From contig CAWBVY010000006.1 in the NCBI GenBank assembly GCA_963792415.1, positions 352,001-416,000 on the forward strand: a DNA stretch of 64,000 bases, given 5' to 3'. The notes beneath the pieces were generated by a model. The model was not told the DNA's origin, made no database searches, and saw nothing but the letters and a program-made list of their open reading frames with translations. Source of the DNA: Candidatus Deferrimicrobiaceae bacterium. Lineage in GTDB: Bacteria; Desulfobacterota; Deferrimicrobia; Deferrimicrobiales; Deferrimicrobiaceae. The translations under genes and the position numbers were made by a program. Shown here piece after piece: positions 25,258 to 34,766 of this stretch (within the stretch, counting starts at the first letter, position 1; the number at the start of each line of letters is the position of its first letter).

Positions 25258-26140
25258 AGGATACCTCAATTTCGTCGCCTTTCCAAAGTTCCTTCAGGCG
25301 CTCGAGAAACCCGGCGATGATCCACTGGGGGGTCGACGCCCCGGCGGTCACCCCCGCCACCGACGCTCCCTCGACCATCGACGGCGTCAACTCCCCTTCC
25401 GTCTCGATGTGGTGGGTGCGAGGGTTGATCGCCCTGCAGATCTCCGCCAGGCGGCGCGTGTTCGCGCTGTTGTACCCGCCGAGGATGAACATCACGTCGG
25501 CCATTCCCGCGAGGCCGGTCGACTCCTGCTGCCGCAGGGCGGTGGCGTTGCAGATCGTGTTGAAGACCCGGACTTCGGGGAACCGCTTCATCGCGGCGGA
25601 GACGAACGCCATGAGGTTTTCGAACGACTGCGTCGTCTGGGCAACGATCCCGGCCTTTCTCACCCCTTTCGCGGCCGAGAGTTCCGCGATCGAGGTGAAG
25701 ACGGAAACGCCCTTCTCGATGTAACTGATGATGCTTTTCACCTCCGGGTGGTTCGGGTCCCCCACGACGACGACGGCGTACCCGTCCCGGCTCAATGTCC
25801 TGGCGTGCTCCTGGGCCTTCGTCACGAAGGGGCAGGTGGCGTCGACGATCGTGACCCCTTTCCCCTCCAGCGCCGCCCGGTCGGAGCGGGTCACCCCGTG
25901 GGAGCGGATGATCACCTTCCCGCAGGTGATCTCGTCGACCGTGTCGACGACGCGCACCCCCTTGCCCTGCAGCCGCTCCACCGCCTGCGGGTTGTGGATG
26001 ATCGGGCCGAGCGACTGGATCGGGGCATCCTTTCCGTCCCCCGCCTCCCGTTTCCCGGCCGTCTCGTCGGCGATCGCGATGGCGCGCTTCACGCCGAAGC
26101 AGAAGCCCGCGCTCCTGGCGATCAGGACTTTCTTCGTCAC
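25247..26140 (-). CDS. ispH: 4-hydroxy-3-methylbut-2-enyl diphosphate reductase
   Basis: GTG start overlapping the cmk stop; GFCFGV, DATCP, TICNAT, TAGASTP. Confidence 0.96.
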   Translation of the reverse strand: MTKKVLIARSAGFCFGVKRAIAIADETAGKREAGDGKDAPIQSLGPIIHNPQAVERLQGKGVRVVDTVDEITCGKVIIRSHGVTRSDRAALEGKGVTIVDATCPFVTKAQEHARTLSRDGYAVVVVGDPNHPEVKSIISYIEKGVSVFTSIAELSAAKGVRKAGIVAQTTQSFENLMAFVSAAMKRFPEVRVFNTICNATALRQQESTGLAGMADVMFILGGYNSANTRRLAEICRAINPRTHHIETEGELTPSMVEGASVAGVTAGASTPQWIIAGFLERLKELWKGDEIEVSFYR

Positions 26141-26808
26141 CGCGGGACCCCGGGGAGGCGTCGGAGCATCTCCCCCACCACCTCGTCGACCGTCATCGTC
26201 GTCGAGTCGATGTACACCGCCCCGTCGGCCACCCGCAGGGGGGAGTGCTCCCGCGTGCTGTCCTGCACGTCGCGACGGAGGACGTCGCGGAGGACCTCCT
26301 CGAACGACTGGGCGCCGGGGGGGGAAATCTCCAACTGTCGCCGCCGGGCACGCACGGCGGCGAGAGCATCGAGGAAGAACTTCGCCTCCGCGTCGGGGAA
26401 GACGACCGTGCCGATGTCCCGCCCCTCGAGGACGACGCCCCCGTCCCGCCCCATCTCCCGCTGCTTCGCCACCATCGCCTCGCGGACCGGGCCGTGGGCC
26501 GAGACCGCGGAGGCCCCCATGCTCATCTCCGGCTCGCGGAGAGCAACGCTCACGTCCTCTCCCGACAGGAAGACGCGCGGCGCCCCCGCGACAGTCCGGA
26601 ACGAAAGGTCCAGTTCCCGGGCCACCCCCCCGAGCCGAACCGGGTCGCCAAAGGGGATTCCGGCCCGGCGGGCCGCGAGGGCGACCGCCCGGTACATCGC
26701 GCCCGTGTCGACGCGGATCATCCCGGCGGCATCCGCGAGCCGTTTCGACACCGTGGTCTTCCCCGCCCCCGAGGGCCCGTCGATGGCGACGACCGGACGG
26801 ATCCTCAT
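26137..26808 (-). CDS. cmk: Cytidylate kinase
   Basis: IDGPSGAGKTT, DTGAMYR, EGRDIGTVVFP. Confidence 0.96.
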   Translation of the reverse strand: MRIRPVVAIDGPSGAGKTTVSKRLADAAGMIRVDTGAMYRAVALAARRAGIPFGDPVRLGGVARELDLSFRTVAGAPRVFLSGEDVSVALREPEMSMGASAVSAHGPVREAMVAKQREMGRDGGVVLEGRDIGTVVFPDAEAKFFLDALAAVRARRRQLEISPPGAQSFEEVLRDVLRRDVQDSTREHSPLRVADGAVYIDSTTMTVDEVVGEMLRRLPGVPR

Positions 26809-28082
26809 CGCGTGAGTCCTTCAAGCAACGTTTGAAACCCGGGGAAGGACGTGTCGATGCAATCGACGTCCGTCACCTCGACCCGAACCCTCGCCGCCGC
26901 GCCGAGAATCCGCAGCGACATCGCGATCCGGTGGTCCCCCCGGCTGTCGCACGGACCGGCGGGGGACACCACGGCCGGTCCCTCCACCCACAGTCCGTCG
27001 GGGTATTCCCCGCATGGGATTCCGAGCGAGGAGAGACAGTCGACCATCGACGCGATCCGGTCCGACTCCTTGACGCGAAGCTCTTCCGCGCCGCGGATCT
27101 CCGTCCGGCCGGCGGCGAAGGCCGCCGCGACGCACAGGATCGGAATTTCGTCGATCAGGCCGGGGACCTCCTCCGGACCCACGCGCGCGGCCACGAGCTC
27201 CGCGCCCCGAACGACCAGGTCCGCCACCGGTTCCCCCCCTTCGACCCGCTCCCCGACCTGGCGGATGTCGGCCCCCATCGCGCGGAGAACGGCGAGGATT
27301 CCCGTGCGGAACGGGTTCACCCCCACGCCCCGGACAACGATCGACGAGCCCGGGGTCACGGCGGCAAGGACGAGGAAGAAGGCGGCCGAGGAGAGGTCGC
27401 CCGGAATCGTCATCACCAGAGGATCGAGGCGCTCGCACGGGGACACGGCGACCGCGTTCCCGTCCCGGGCAACCCTGGCCCCCATCGCGGACAGCATCCG
27501 CTCGGTGTGGTCCCGCGATCGCATCGGCTCCACCACCGTGACCGGGGAGTCGGCGTACAGCCCGGCGAGCAGCAGGGAGGACTTCACCTGCGCGGATGCC
27601 ACCGGCATTTCGTACCGGATCCCCCGGAGCGGCCCTCCGCGGATGCACAGGGGCGGGAGTCGGTTCCCGTCCCGCCCGAGGATGGACGCTCCCATCCGGG
27701 TCAGGGGGTCGATCACGCGGCCCATCGGGCGGCGGCGAAGGTACCGATCGCCCGTGATCACCGAAAGGAACGGCTGGGCGGCGAGGATTCCCGACCCGAT
27801 CCGGATCGTCGTGCCCGAGTTTCCGGCGTCGATCACGTCGGCGGGTTCGACAAGGCCGCGGAGCCCCCGCCCCTCGATCCGCAGCTCGGTGGGCGAAACT
27901 TCCTCGATCCGGGCGCCGAGGGCGCGCATCATCCCGGCGGTGGAGAGCGTATCCGCGGCGTGAAGGAACCCGCGGACGCGGCTCACCCCCGTCGCGAGCA
28001 CGGGAAACATCACGGCCCGGTGACTGATCGACTTGTCGCCGGGTACGGAAATCTCTCCGCGGACGACCGTTTTCCCGCTCAT
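26805..28082 (-). CDS. aroA: EPSP synthase
   Basis: PGDKSISHR, GNSGTT, SAQVKS, ELRVKESDR, DHRIAM. Confidence 0.97.
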   Translation of the reverse strand: MSGKTVVRGEISVPGDKSISHRAVMFPVLATGVSRVRGFLHAADTLSTAGMMRALGARIEEVSPTELRIEGRGLRGLVEPADVIDAGNSGTTIRIGSGILAAQPFLSVITGDRYLRRRPMGRVIDPLTRMGASILGRDGNRLPPLCIRGGPLRGIRYEMPVASAQVKSSLLLAGLYADSPVTVVEPMRSRDHTERMLSAMGARVARDGNAVAVSPCERLDPLVMTIPGDLSSAAFFLVLAAVTPGSSIVVRGVGVNPFRTGILAVLRAMGADIRQVGERVEGGEPVADLVVRGAELVAARVGPEEVPGLIDEIPILCVAAAFAAGRTEIRGAEELRVKESDRIASMVDCLSSLGIPCGEYPDGLWVEGPAVVSPAGPCDSRGDHRIAMSLRILGAAARVRVEVTDVDCIDTSFPGFQTLLEGLTR

Positions 28083-28933
28083 GACGACAGCAGCCCGTCC
28101 CGCGTCCTCTTCGCGCGCCCGAAATATTCGAGGAGCCCGTCCGCGTCGCCCGCGGCGATCCGGCGTTCGAGGAGGGCGAGATTCCGGCGATAGTGCGAGA
28201 GCGCCCGAAGGATCTCGGCCCGGTTCTCAAGCACGATGTCCTTCCACATTTCCGGGTTGCTCGACGCGATCCGGGTAAAGTCCCGGAACCCCCCCGCGGA
28301 GTAGCCGAGCGGGACCCTGGAAGGCAGGGTCGCGACGGAGTGGACGAGGGCGTACGCCACCGCGTGCGGAAGATGGGAGACGTAGGCGAAGACGTGGTCG
28401 TGGACCTTCGGATCCATCCGGAGCAGAACCGCGGAGCCGGCGCGTTTCCAGATCCTCTCCACGCGGAGGATGGCGTCCGCGTCTGTCCGGGGGGTGGGGG
28501 TGACGACGAACGAGCGCCCCCGGAAAAGGTCCGGGTCGGCGGCGGAGAATCCGGACGCTTCCGTCCCGGCGATCGGGTGGCCGCCGACGAAGAAGGCGCC
28601 CCGCGCCGCGGCGCGCTCCCCTTCCCGGACGATCCGCGACTTCACGCTCCCCGCGTCCGTGAGAACCGTCCCCGGCCGCATCCGCGGACCGAGACGCCGG
28701 ATCGCCTCCACTTCGCCAAGGACCGGGACGCACACGATCACCACATCGCACGCGGAAAGCTGCGCCTCGGTGCAGCCCCGCGCGATCGCGCCGGCGGAAA
28801 GCGCCTTGCGGACGGTCTCCTTCCTGCGGTCGCACCCCCACACCTCGGGGGCGCCGCGCTTCCCCTTCAGGGCCAGCGCCAGGGAACCCCCGATCAGTCC
28901 GAGGCCGAGGATGCCTACCCGTTCCCGCGCCAC
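28079..28933 (-). CDS. tyrA: Prephenate/arogenate dehydrogenase
   Basis: GLGLIGGS, DAGSVK, GGHP.AG, SHLPH, FRDFTRIA. Confidence 0.93.
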   Translation of the reverse strand: MARERVGILGLGLIGGSLALALKGKRGAPEVWGCDRRKETVRKALSAGAIARGCTEAQLSACDVVIVCVPVLGEVEAIRRLGPRMRPGTVLTDAGSVKSRIVREGERAAARGAFFVGGHPIAGTEASGFSAADPDLFRGRSFVVTPTPRTDADAILRVERIWKRAGSAVLLRMDPKVHDHVFAYVSHLPHAVAYALVHSVATLPSRVPLGYSAGGFRDFTRIASSNPEMWKDIVLENRAEILRALSHYRRNLALLERRIAAGDADGLLEYFGRAKRTRDGLLSS

Positions 28934-28937
28934 GACG

Positions 28938-29951
28938 CTACAACGACCTCCCGACCGCCTCGGCGACCTTCCGCAGCCGCCCGATCATCTGCAGGAACGC
29001 GCCCGGTCGCAGCGACTGTGGACCGTCGGAAAGCGCCTTCTCCGGCTGGTGGTGGACCTCGATCATCAGGCCGTCCGCCCCCGCGGCGATCGCGGCCGCG
29101 GCGAGCGGCTCCACCAGCGCCATCTTCCCGGCGGCGTGGCTGGGGTCGGCGATCACGGGAAGGTGGGAGAGGGACTTCACCACCGGGATCGAGGAGACGT
29201 CGAAGGTGTTCCGGGTGGCGGTCTCGTACGTCCGGATCCCGCGCTCGCACAGGATGATCTTCTGGTTCCCCTCGGAGGCGATGTACTCCGCCGACATGAG
29301 CCATTCCTGGATCGTCGCGCTCATCCCGCGCTTGAGGATCACCGGCTTGTCGAGCTTCCCGACCTCGGTGAGGAGGCGAAAGTTCTGCATGTTCCGCGCA
29401 CCGATCTGGATGACGTCGGCGTACCGGGCGACGAGTTCGATGTCCCGCGGGTCCATCAACTCCGTCGCGACGGGAAGCCCGGTCCGGTCGCGGGCCTCCG
29501 CGAGGTATTTCAGCCCCTCCTCCCCCAATCCCTGGAAGGCGTACGGGGAGGTGCGCGGCTTGAACGCCCCGCCGCGCAGGAACGTGGCCCCCGCGGAGGC
29601 GACGCGCTCCCCGAGCCCCAGCATCATGTCGCGCCCTTCGACGGAGCAGGGACCGGCGAACAGGGCGAGGGCCTTTCCCCCCACCGTCTTCCCGTTCACC
29701 GTGATGACGGTGTCCTCTTTCCGGAATTCCCGGCTGACGAGCTTGAACGGGACGAGGATCCGCAGCACCTTCTCGACGACCGGCAATCCCTCGAACGCGT
29801 CCGGGTCGAGATTCCGCTCGTCGCCGATCGCCCCGATGATCGTGCGCTCCACCCCGCGCGAGATGTGCGCGGTCAGCCCCTTCCCCTTGATCGTCTCCTC
29901 GATCTGCCGGACGTCCTCGTCCGTGGCGCCTGCGCGCAGTACGATGATCAT
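28938..29951 (-). CDS. aroF: DAHP synthase (type I-beta with N-terminal ACT-like domain)
   Basis: [31 protein letters not shown]. Confidence 0.95.
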   Translation of the reverse strand: MIIVLRAGATDEDVRQIEETIKGKGLTAHISRGVERTIIGAIGDERNLDPDAFEGLPVVEKVLRILVPFKLVSREFRKEDTVITVNGKTVGGKALALFAGPCSVEGRDMMLGLGERVASAGATFLRGGAFKPRTSPYAFQGLGEEGLKYLAEARDRTGLPVATELMDPRDIELVARYADVIQIGARNMQNFRLLTEVGKLDKPVILKRGMSATIQEWLMSAEYIASEGNQKIILCERGIRTYETATRNTFDVSSIPVVKSLSHLPVIADPSHAAGKMALVEPLAAAAIAAGADGLMIEVHHQPEKALSDGPQSLRPGAFLQMIGRLRKVAEAVGRSL

Positions 29952-29995
29952 GCGTATATTCCTTTCCTTGTGTCGGATTCGCTCAAGAACGACCG

Positions 29996-31069
29996 CTATA
30001 TGGCCCGGGGGTAGGAGCCGAGGATCTTGATGTACTGGGCGCGCTCCTTGAGATCCTCGAGCGCCTGCGCGATCGGCGGGTCGGTGAGGTGCCCCGACAT
30101 GTCGAGGAAGAAGAGGTACTCCCACGCCTTCGTCTTGACCGGCCGGGACTCGATCTTGGTCAGATTCACGTTGTGCTTCGCGAACGGCTGCAGCATCAGG
30201 TAAAGCGCCCCGACCTCGTCCCGGCCGGAAAAGAGGATCGAGGTCTTGTCGTCCCCCGTCGGGGCCAACGCCTGCTTCCCGATAATGATGAACCGGGTGA
30301 AGTTGTTCGTGTTGTCCTGGATCCGCTTCCGGATCGCCTTCAACCCGTAGATCTTGGAGGCAGCCTCCCCGGCGATCGCCGCCGCCGCCGGGTCGTCCGC
30401 CGCGAGCTCCGCGGCACGCGCCGTGCTCTCGACGTCGAAGACCGGGATCTCGCGAAGGTTCCGCTCGAGCCAGCCGCGGCACTGTGCGATGGCGTGCGGG
30501 TGGGAGTAGACCTTCTTCACGTGGTCGATGTCGCCCGTGACGTTCAGGAGGTCGTGCGCCACCTCGACGAGGATCTCCCCGCAGATGAGCAGGTTGTGGT
30601 CGACGAACATGTCGAGGGTGTTGCTGACGATCCCCTCGCTGCTGTTCTCGATCGGTACCACGCCGAAGTCGGCCGCGTTCCGGTTCACCGCGTCGAAGAC
30701 CCCCGAGAGGTTGATCTGGGGAACGTACTCGGCGCTCTCGCCGAAATGCTTCAGGCACGCCAGGTGGGTGAAGGTGGCCTTGGGACCCAGGAACGCCACG
30801 GAGAGCGGCTTTTCGAGGGAGAGGGACGCGGAGATGATCTCGCGGTAGATCGCCTTCAACCCGTCGTTGGGGAACGGCCCCTGGTTCACGGAGGTCAGGC
30901 GCCGGAGGATCTCCATCTCCCGCTCGGGGACGTAGACGTTGAGGTTGCGATCCTTCTTGATCGTCCCGACCTCGATGGCCACCCTCGCGCGGCGGTTCAG
31001 CAGCTCGAGGATCCGGTCATCGATCGCGTCGATTTCGACGCGGAACTCCTTCAGGCGGTCCTGCGTCAA
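29996..31069 (-). CDS. pheA: Chorismate mutase / prephenate dehydratase
   Basis: TTG start; [33 protein letters not shown]. Confidence 0.95.
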   Translation of the reverse strand: MTQDRLKEFRVEIDAIDDRILELLNRRARVAIEVGTIKKDRNLNVYVPEREMEILRRLTSVNQGPFPNDGLKAIYREIISASLSLEKPLSVAFLGPKATFTHLACLKHFGESAEYVPQINLSGVFDAVNRNAADFGVVPIENSSEGIVSNTLDMFVDHNLLICGEILVEVAHDLLNVTGDIDHVKKVYSHPHAIAQCRGWLERNLREIPVFDVESTARAAELAADDPAAAAIAGEAASKIYGLKAIRKRIQDNTNNFTRFIIIGKQALAPTGDDKTSILFSGRDEVGALYLMLQPFAKHNVNLTKIESRPVKTKAWEYLFFLDMSGHLTDPPIAQALEDLKERAQYIKILGSYPRAI

Positions 31070-32040
31070 GCCGCTCCACCGGCCTTCCGCTTGATCGCCC
31101 CCATCTCCCGGAACTTCCGGTAGCGCCGCTCGAGGAGCTGAGGGATCGGCATGGACACGAGCGGAGGGAGAGTTTCCAGCAGCGCCGCCTTCAACGCGTC
31201 GCCGGCCGCCTTGTGGTCGCGGTGCGCGCCGCCCAGCGGCTCCGGGATGATCCGGTCGATGACCCCGAACTTCTTCAGGTCCGGGGCCGTGATCTTCATC
31301 ATCTCCGCCGCCACCTCGGCCTTGGCCGTGTCGCGCCAGAGGATCGAGGCGCACCCCTCGGGGGAGATGACGGAGTAGACGGAATATTCCATCATCAGGA
31401 TCTCGTCCCCCACGCCGATCGCCAGCGCCCCTCCGCTCCCCCCCTCGCCGATGACGGCCACGACGATCGGGGTCTTGAGGTGGGACATCTCCAGGAGGTT
31501 GCGCGCGATCGCCTCGGACTGGCCGCGCTCCTCGGCCCCGATCCCGGGGAAGGCACCGGGGGTATCGATGAAGGTGATGACCGGGAGGCGGAACTTCTCC
31601 GCCATCTTCATGACGCGGAGGGCCTTGCGGTACCCCTCCGGATTCGCCATGCCGAAGTTGCGCTGGATCTTCTCGTTCGTGTTGCGCCCCTTCTGCTGTC
31701 CGATGACGACGACCCGCTGACTCTCGAGCTCGGCGAAACCGCACACCAGGGGCGGATCGTCGCGGAACGCCCGGTCCCCGTGCAGTTCGACGAAATTCCT
31801 GAAGCAGAGGTTGATATAGTCGAGCAGGTACGGCCGGTTCGGATGGCGGGCGAGCTGGGTGATCTGCCAGCGCGTGAGGTTGGAGAAGACCTCCTTCCGG
31901 ATCTTCCCGATCTTCCGCTCCATCTTCCCGATCTCTTCCCTGACGCCCTTGTCCGTCCCGTCATCGAGGCGTTTCAGCTGCTCGAGGCGGTTTTCGAGGT
32001 CGACGATCGGCCGCTCGAAATCGAGGTATTGGAGGATCAT
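31066..32040 (-). CDS. accA: Acetyl-CoA carboxylase carboxyltransferase alpha subunit
   Basis: LDFE, ARHP.RP, NFGM..PEGYRKA, GEGGSGGAL. Confidence 0.97.
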   Translation of the reverse strand: MILQYLDFERPIVDLENRLEQLKRLDDGTDKGVREEIGKMERKIGKIRKEVFSNLTRWQITQLARHPNRPYLLDYINLCFRNFVELHGDRAFRDDPPLVCGFAELESQRVVVIGQQKGRNTNEKIQRNFGMANPEGYRKALRVMKMAEKFRLPVITFIDTPGAFPGIGAEERGQSEAIARNLLEMSHLKTPIVVAVIGEGGSGGALAIGVGDEILMMEYSVYSVISPEGCASILWRDTAKAEVAAEMMKITAPDLKKFGVIDRIIPEPLGGAHRDHKAAGDALKAALLETLPPLVSMPIPQLLERRYRKFREMGAIKRKAGGAA

Positions 32041-32091
32041 CCGTGCTCCTTCGTGAAGTGTCGTAAACCTATATTTTATGCGGAATTACGA

Positions 32092-33000
32092 TCAGGACAA
32101 GTAGATTCTGACAATTTCCGAGGGGGGGCGGGACGCCTCGCCCGGGACGACGGGGACGAGATCCGGCTCCGAGGAGAGCCAGGTCACCTGCCGCTTGGCG
32201 TACCGGCGGGTGTCCCGTTTCACCGCCCCGATCGTTTCGGAAAGCGGGATCCCGTCCAGGAGATGCGCCGCCGCGTGGCGATACCCCAGGGCCATCATCG
32301 GCTTGAGGGAGCGGGCGAACCCCCTGGCGAGGAGTTCCCGGACCTCTTCCGACAACCCACGCCGGAACATCTCCTCCGTCCGCGCATCGATCCGGCGGTA
32401 CAGCGTCTCCCGGTCCGGCCACAGGGCGAGGAAGAGGCACCCGTGCCTCGCGCCCGCCGAGCTCCAGGTCGCCCGCGCGCGGCTGGGGGGGACCCCGGCG
32501 ACCGCGGCGATCTCGAGCGCGCGAAGGACCCGGAGCCGGTCGGAAGGATGGACCTTCGCGGACGTTCCGGGGTCGATGCGGGCAAGCTCCGCGTGGAGCG
32601 CCGCCCCCCCTTCCGCTTCCCAGCGCCTTGAGAGCTCCTCCCGGACGCGCGGGTCCGACGGGAGTGGGTCCAGCCCCCGCAGCAGCGCCCGGATGTACAT
32701 CCCCGTCCCGCCGACCAGCATCGGGACCTTTCCCCGGGCCCGGATCTCACCGATCGCCCGCTCCGCCTCCCGGACGAACCTCCCGGCGTCGTACGGCTCG
32801 GCGGGATCCGCCACGTCGATCAGGTGGTGGGGGACCTCGCTCCGTTCCGCCGCCGTCGGCTTCGCGGTGCCGATGTCGAAGTGCCGGTACACCTGGAGGG
32901 AATCGGCGTTGACGATCTCCAGGGGGAATTCGCGCGCCAGGGCGAGGGCCAAGGCCGATTTCCCCGAGGCCGTCGGCCCGGAGAGGACGATGAGTTTCAT
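32092..33000 (-). CDS. miaA: tRNA dimethylallyltransferase
   Basis: GPTASGKS, DSLQVY, GTAKP, VGGTGMY, TRRYAKRQ.TW. Confidence 0.96.
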   Translation of the reverse strand: MKLIVLSGPTASGKSALALALAREFPLEIVNADSLQVYRHFDIGTAKPTAAERSEVPHHLIDVADPAEPYDAGRFVREAERAIGEIRARGKVPMLVGGTGMYIRALLRGLDPLPSDPRVREELSRRWEAEGGAALHAELARIDPGTSAKVHPSDRLRVLRALEIAAVAGVPPSRARATWSSAGARHGCLFLALWPDRETLYRRIDARTEEMFRRGLSEEVRELLARGFARSLKPMMALGYRHAAAHLLDGIPLSETIGAVKRDTRRYAKRQVTWLSSEPDLVPVVPGEASRPPSEIVRIYLS

Positions 33001-34766
33001 CCGGTTCGATGGAAGAGGGCTTCGAGACGGGCCCGGGAGATGCGGATCCACACCGGGCGGCCGTGGGGACAGCTGTGGGCGGCCACCGCCGCGTCGAGTT
33101 CCGCGAGCAGGAGGCGGGCGCGCTCCGTCGTCACCCGTTCGCCGCCGCGCACGGCCGCGTGGCACGCCATCCGCCAAAGCTCGCGATCCGCGTCGAACAG
33201 GTCCTTGGGGAAGGTTTCCTGGGCGCGGAGCGATTCGCACAACTCCTCCCACCACCGCCGCGCGTCGAACCCCGGCAGGGCCGCCGGGCCCCCGGTCAGG
33301 CGGATCCGCTCCCCACCCGCCGGCTCGAAGGAAAATCCGGTCCGGGCGAGAAACGTCTCCACGGCCGGGCGCTCGTCCCTCTCCGACAGGACCCCCGGGA
33401 GGGCGACCTCCACGGAGTCGAGCCATCGCTGCGTCGGGGCCCTCGTCCCGAGGTACCGATCCTTCAGTCGCGAGAAGACGATCCGTTCGTCCGCGGCGTG
33501 CTGGTCGACGAGGACGATCCCGCCAGCTTCCTCGCAGACCAGGTACGTCCCCAGCGCCTGCCCGATCGGGACCAGGGAGGAAAAGAACCGGTCCCCGGCC
33601 GCTTCGCCACCCCGCTCGGCGAACGGCAGATCCCCCGCCAGTGAAGCGCCGGGCGACGGAAGGGGGAAAGGGGATCCGGTCACACCCTCGAGCGACATGT
33701 CCGGCGGCGATCCCGCCGGCCTGCCCCCCCCCCGCGAGGTCCGTTCTTCCCATCCGTGGGAAGGGAATGCGGAGCGCGACGGCGCCTCCCCGAGCGCCCC
33801 GCCGATGGCGTGGCGCGCCAGTTCGTTCAGGTCCCTGGGATACCGGAAGCGGACCTCCGTCTTCGCCGGGTGGACGTTGACGTCGACCTCCCGCGGGCTG
33901 CAGGTGACGAACAGGTAGAGGACGGGGAGGCGGTCGCCGGGCAGGATCCCCCGGTACGCCTCCCGAACCGCCGCGTAGAGGCCGCGGTCCCGGAAGCGCC
34001 GGCCGTTGACGAAGAACCAGAGACCGCCCGCCCCCGCGCGGGAAACCTGGGGGAGCCCCGCCCAGCCGTAGATCCGGAAAAAGGCGGAGGAGACGTCGAC
34101 GCGGACAAGGTATTGCCCGTCGTCGCCCGCGTGGCGCTTCGCGCGGTCCAGGGCGGATTCGCGGCTCTCGTACGCGAACGCCCCGCGGGGATCGATGAAC
34201 CGGAAGGAGATCCCCTCGCCGGGGATCGCCACGCCGTGGAACACTTCCCACAGGTGCGACATCTCGGTGCGCTCGCTTTTCAGGAACTTCCGGCGGGCGG
34301 GAACGTTCTCGAAGAGCCTCGAGACGGTGACGGTCGTCCCCCGGGGAGCGCCCGCGTCGCGGACGGAGAGGATCGTTCCCCCCTCCGCCACCAGTTCCGT
34401 CCCGCTTCGCTCTTCCGCGGGCCTGGTGACGACGGAGACCCGCGCCACCGAGGCGATCGACGGGAGCGCCTCGCCGCGGAACCCGAAGGAGCCGATCCGC
34501 TCGAGGTCGTCCGCCGAGGCGATCTTGCTCGTCGTGTGCCTGCGAACCGCGAGCTCCGCCTCCTCGCGGGACATGCCGCACCCGTCGTCGGTGACGCGGA
34601 GGGAGAACGGGAAGGGACCCGAGACGTGCGCCTCGACGCTCCCCGCGCCGGAGTCCACGGCGTTTTCCAGCAGCTCCTTGAGGACCGACGCGGGGCGTTC
34701 GACCACCTCCCCCGCGGCGATCCGGTTGACGACGTCGTCCGGCAGGGGCCGGATGCGGGAGGTCAA
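32997..34766 (-). CDS. mutL: DNA mismatch repair endonuclease MutL
   Basis: IAAGEVVERP, GFRGEAL, DVNVHPAK, DQHA, CPHGRP. Confidence 0.96.
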   Translation of the reverse strand: MTSRIRPLPDDVVNRIAAGEVVERPASVLKELLENAVDSGAGSVEAHVSGPFPFSLRVTDDGCGMSREEAELAVRRHTTSKIASADDLERIGSFGFRGEALPSIASVARVSVVTRPAEERSGTELVAEGGTILSVRDAGAPRGTTVTVSRLFENVPARRKFLKSERTEMSHLWEVFHGVAIPGEGISFRFIDPRGAFAYESRESALDRAKRHAGDDGQYLVRVDVSSAFFRIYGWAGLPQVSRAGAGGLWFFVNGRRFRDRGLYAAVREAYRGILPGDRLPVLYLFVTCSPREVDVNVHPAKTEVRFRYPRDLNELARHAIGGALGEAPSRSAFPSHGWEERTSRGGGRPAGSPPDMSLEGVTGSPFPLPSPGASLAGDLPFAERGGEAAGDRFFSSLVPIGQALGTYLVCEEAGGIVLVDQHAADERIVFSRLKDRYLGTRAPTQRWLDSVEVALPGVLSERDERPAVETFLARTGFSFEPAGGERIRLTGGPAALPGFDARRWWEELCESLRAQETFPKDLFDADRELWRMACHAAVRGGERVTTERARLLLAELDAAVAAHSCPHGRPVWIRISRARLEALFHRTG

